Shown here in pieces: positions 63,352 to 64,000 of a DNA stretch of 64,000 bases (within the stretch, counting starts at the first letter, position 1; every line of letters starts with the position of its first letter). Below the pieces are notes generated by a model. The model worked only from the letters and a program-made list of their open reading frames with translations, did not search any database and was not told where the DNA came from. Made by a program: the position numbers and the translations under genes. Source of the stretch: Paraphysomonas bandaiensis (taxonomy: Eukaryota; Protista; Chrysophyceae); contig CBFFRP010000378.1 of the NCBI GenBank assembly GCA_965644295.1, positions 434,001 through 498,000 on the forward strand, given 5' to 3'.

Positions 63352-64000
63352 CAGGGCCTGGTAACCGTTAATAGCTCATTAATAGTAGTCCAGTTCCCGG
63401 CAACTAACTTAAAGTAGATAATACCGCTCATAATAGATAGTGTGGTGCTCCCTTAATTACTATTTTTTTATTAAATAGAAGACTACGAATTGTAACTACA
63501 TCAGGGTCTTCTTGCAGGGTTTCGTGGAGGGTATAAGCATATAAGCATCCCACAAAATGTAATAGGCTCGTAGGAATTGCAACTATTCTGAACGATATAG
63601 ATTCATGTTTCTACGTTCAAGTGTGGTTATCAACTTTGCACTACCAAAGAACCTCTCAACAACAATAGATTGTGCTTCAATCTATTTTTATGAAAGTTTT
63701 CTAGGTGAAATACACATATTTTCAATGTTTCTTTTAGAGTTTTTGGGTATAAGAGAACGTTGCTATGCATACCTAGATATTGCTCAGGAAACTATTCTCT
63801 AAAATTACAGATCATTCAGAAGATAGTGAACAAGGTTGCCACAAAGTACCTGCAGAGTTGCATGCACATTATTCTCTAATATTGTTTAGAGTTTTTTCGG
63901 AGTATAGAAGAGATACTGTATTACCTTAGAAACACTCAGTACTATATATAGCAGTACAGGCCATTAATGGTATGTCATTATAATGGCATTAATGACAAAT
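63352..64000. mobile_element. Non-autonomous hAT derivative that runs off the window
   Basis: CAGGGCCTGGTAACC terminus. 63685-63965 is the reverse complement of ~12015-12290. Confidence 0.75.

Noticed and set aside
1-64000. Alternative genetic code or non-canonical introns as the cause of ORF fragmentation
   Set aside because: The junctions I checked (in NAA10, TPR-PFDN1 and the formin) are GT-AG, and TAA, TAG and TGA all serve as stops.

Overview
Eukaryotic nuclear DNA: AT-rich, standard genetic code, many short (~45-60 nt) GT-AG introns. It is probably a stramenopile-type protist; this is an inference from gene content and transposase style. About 18 protein-coding genes are supported: a large WD40/EF-hand-like protein, a C39/papain-like protein, a PH-domain formin, a GNAT plus protease fusion, a TPR-prefoldin fusion, an EDR2-C (DUF1336) protein, NAA10, a CE6/SASA esterase plus DOT1-like methyltransferase fusion, a SprT-like metalloprotease, BTB, coiled-coil, MYST acetyltransferase, IQ-motif, sulfotransferase, PAH-domain, cytochrome P450 and NDUFS7 genes, and one orphan ORF. 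DNA-transposon remnants (hAT, pogo/Fot1-like, probable Crypton, MITEs) and dispersed repeats lie between them. The highlight is the single-exon ORF at 20997-22385. It appears to fuse the two consecutive enzymes of actin N-terminal maturation: an NAA80-like acetyltransferase and an ACTMAP (C19orf54)-like cysteine protease. It lies head-to-head with a formin and tail-to-tail with a TPR-prefoldin-1 fusion, forming an apparent actin-biogenesis micro-cluster. All family calls come from motif recognition by eye, with no database searches, and exon boundaries are approximate.
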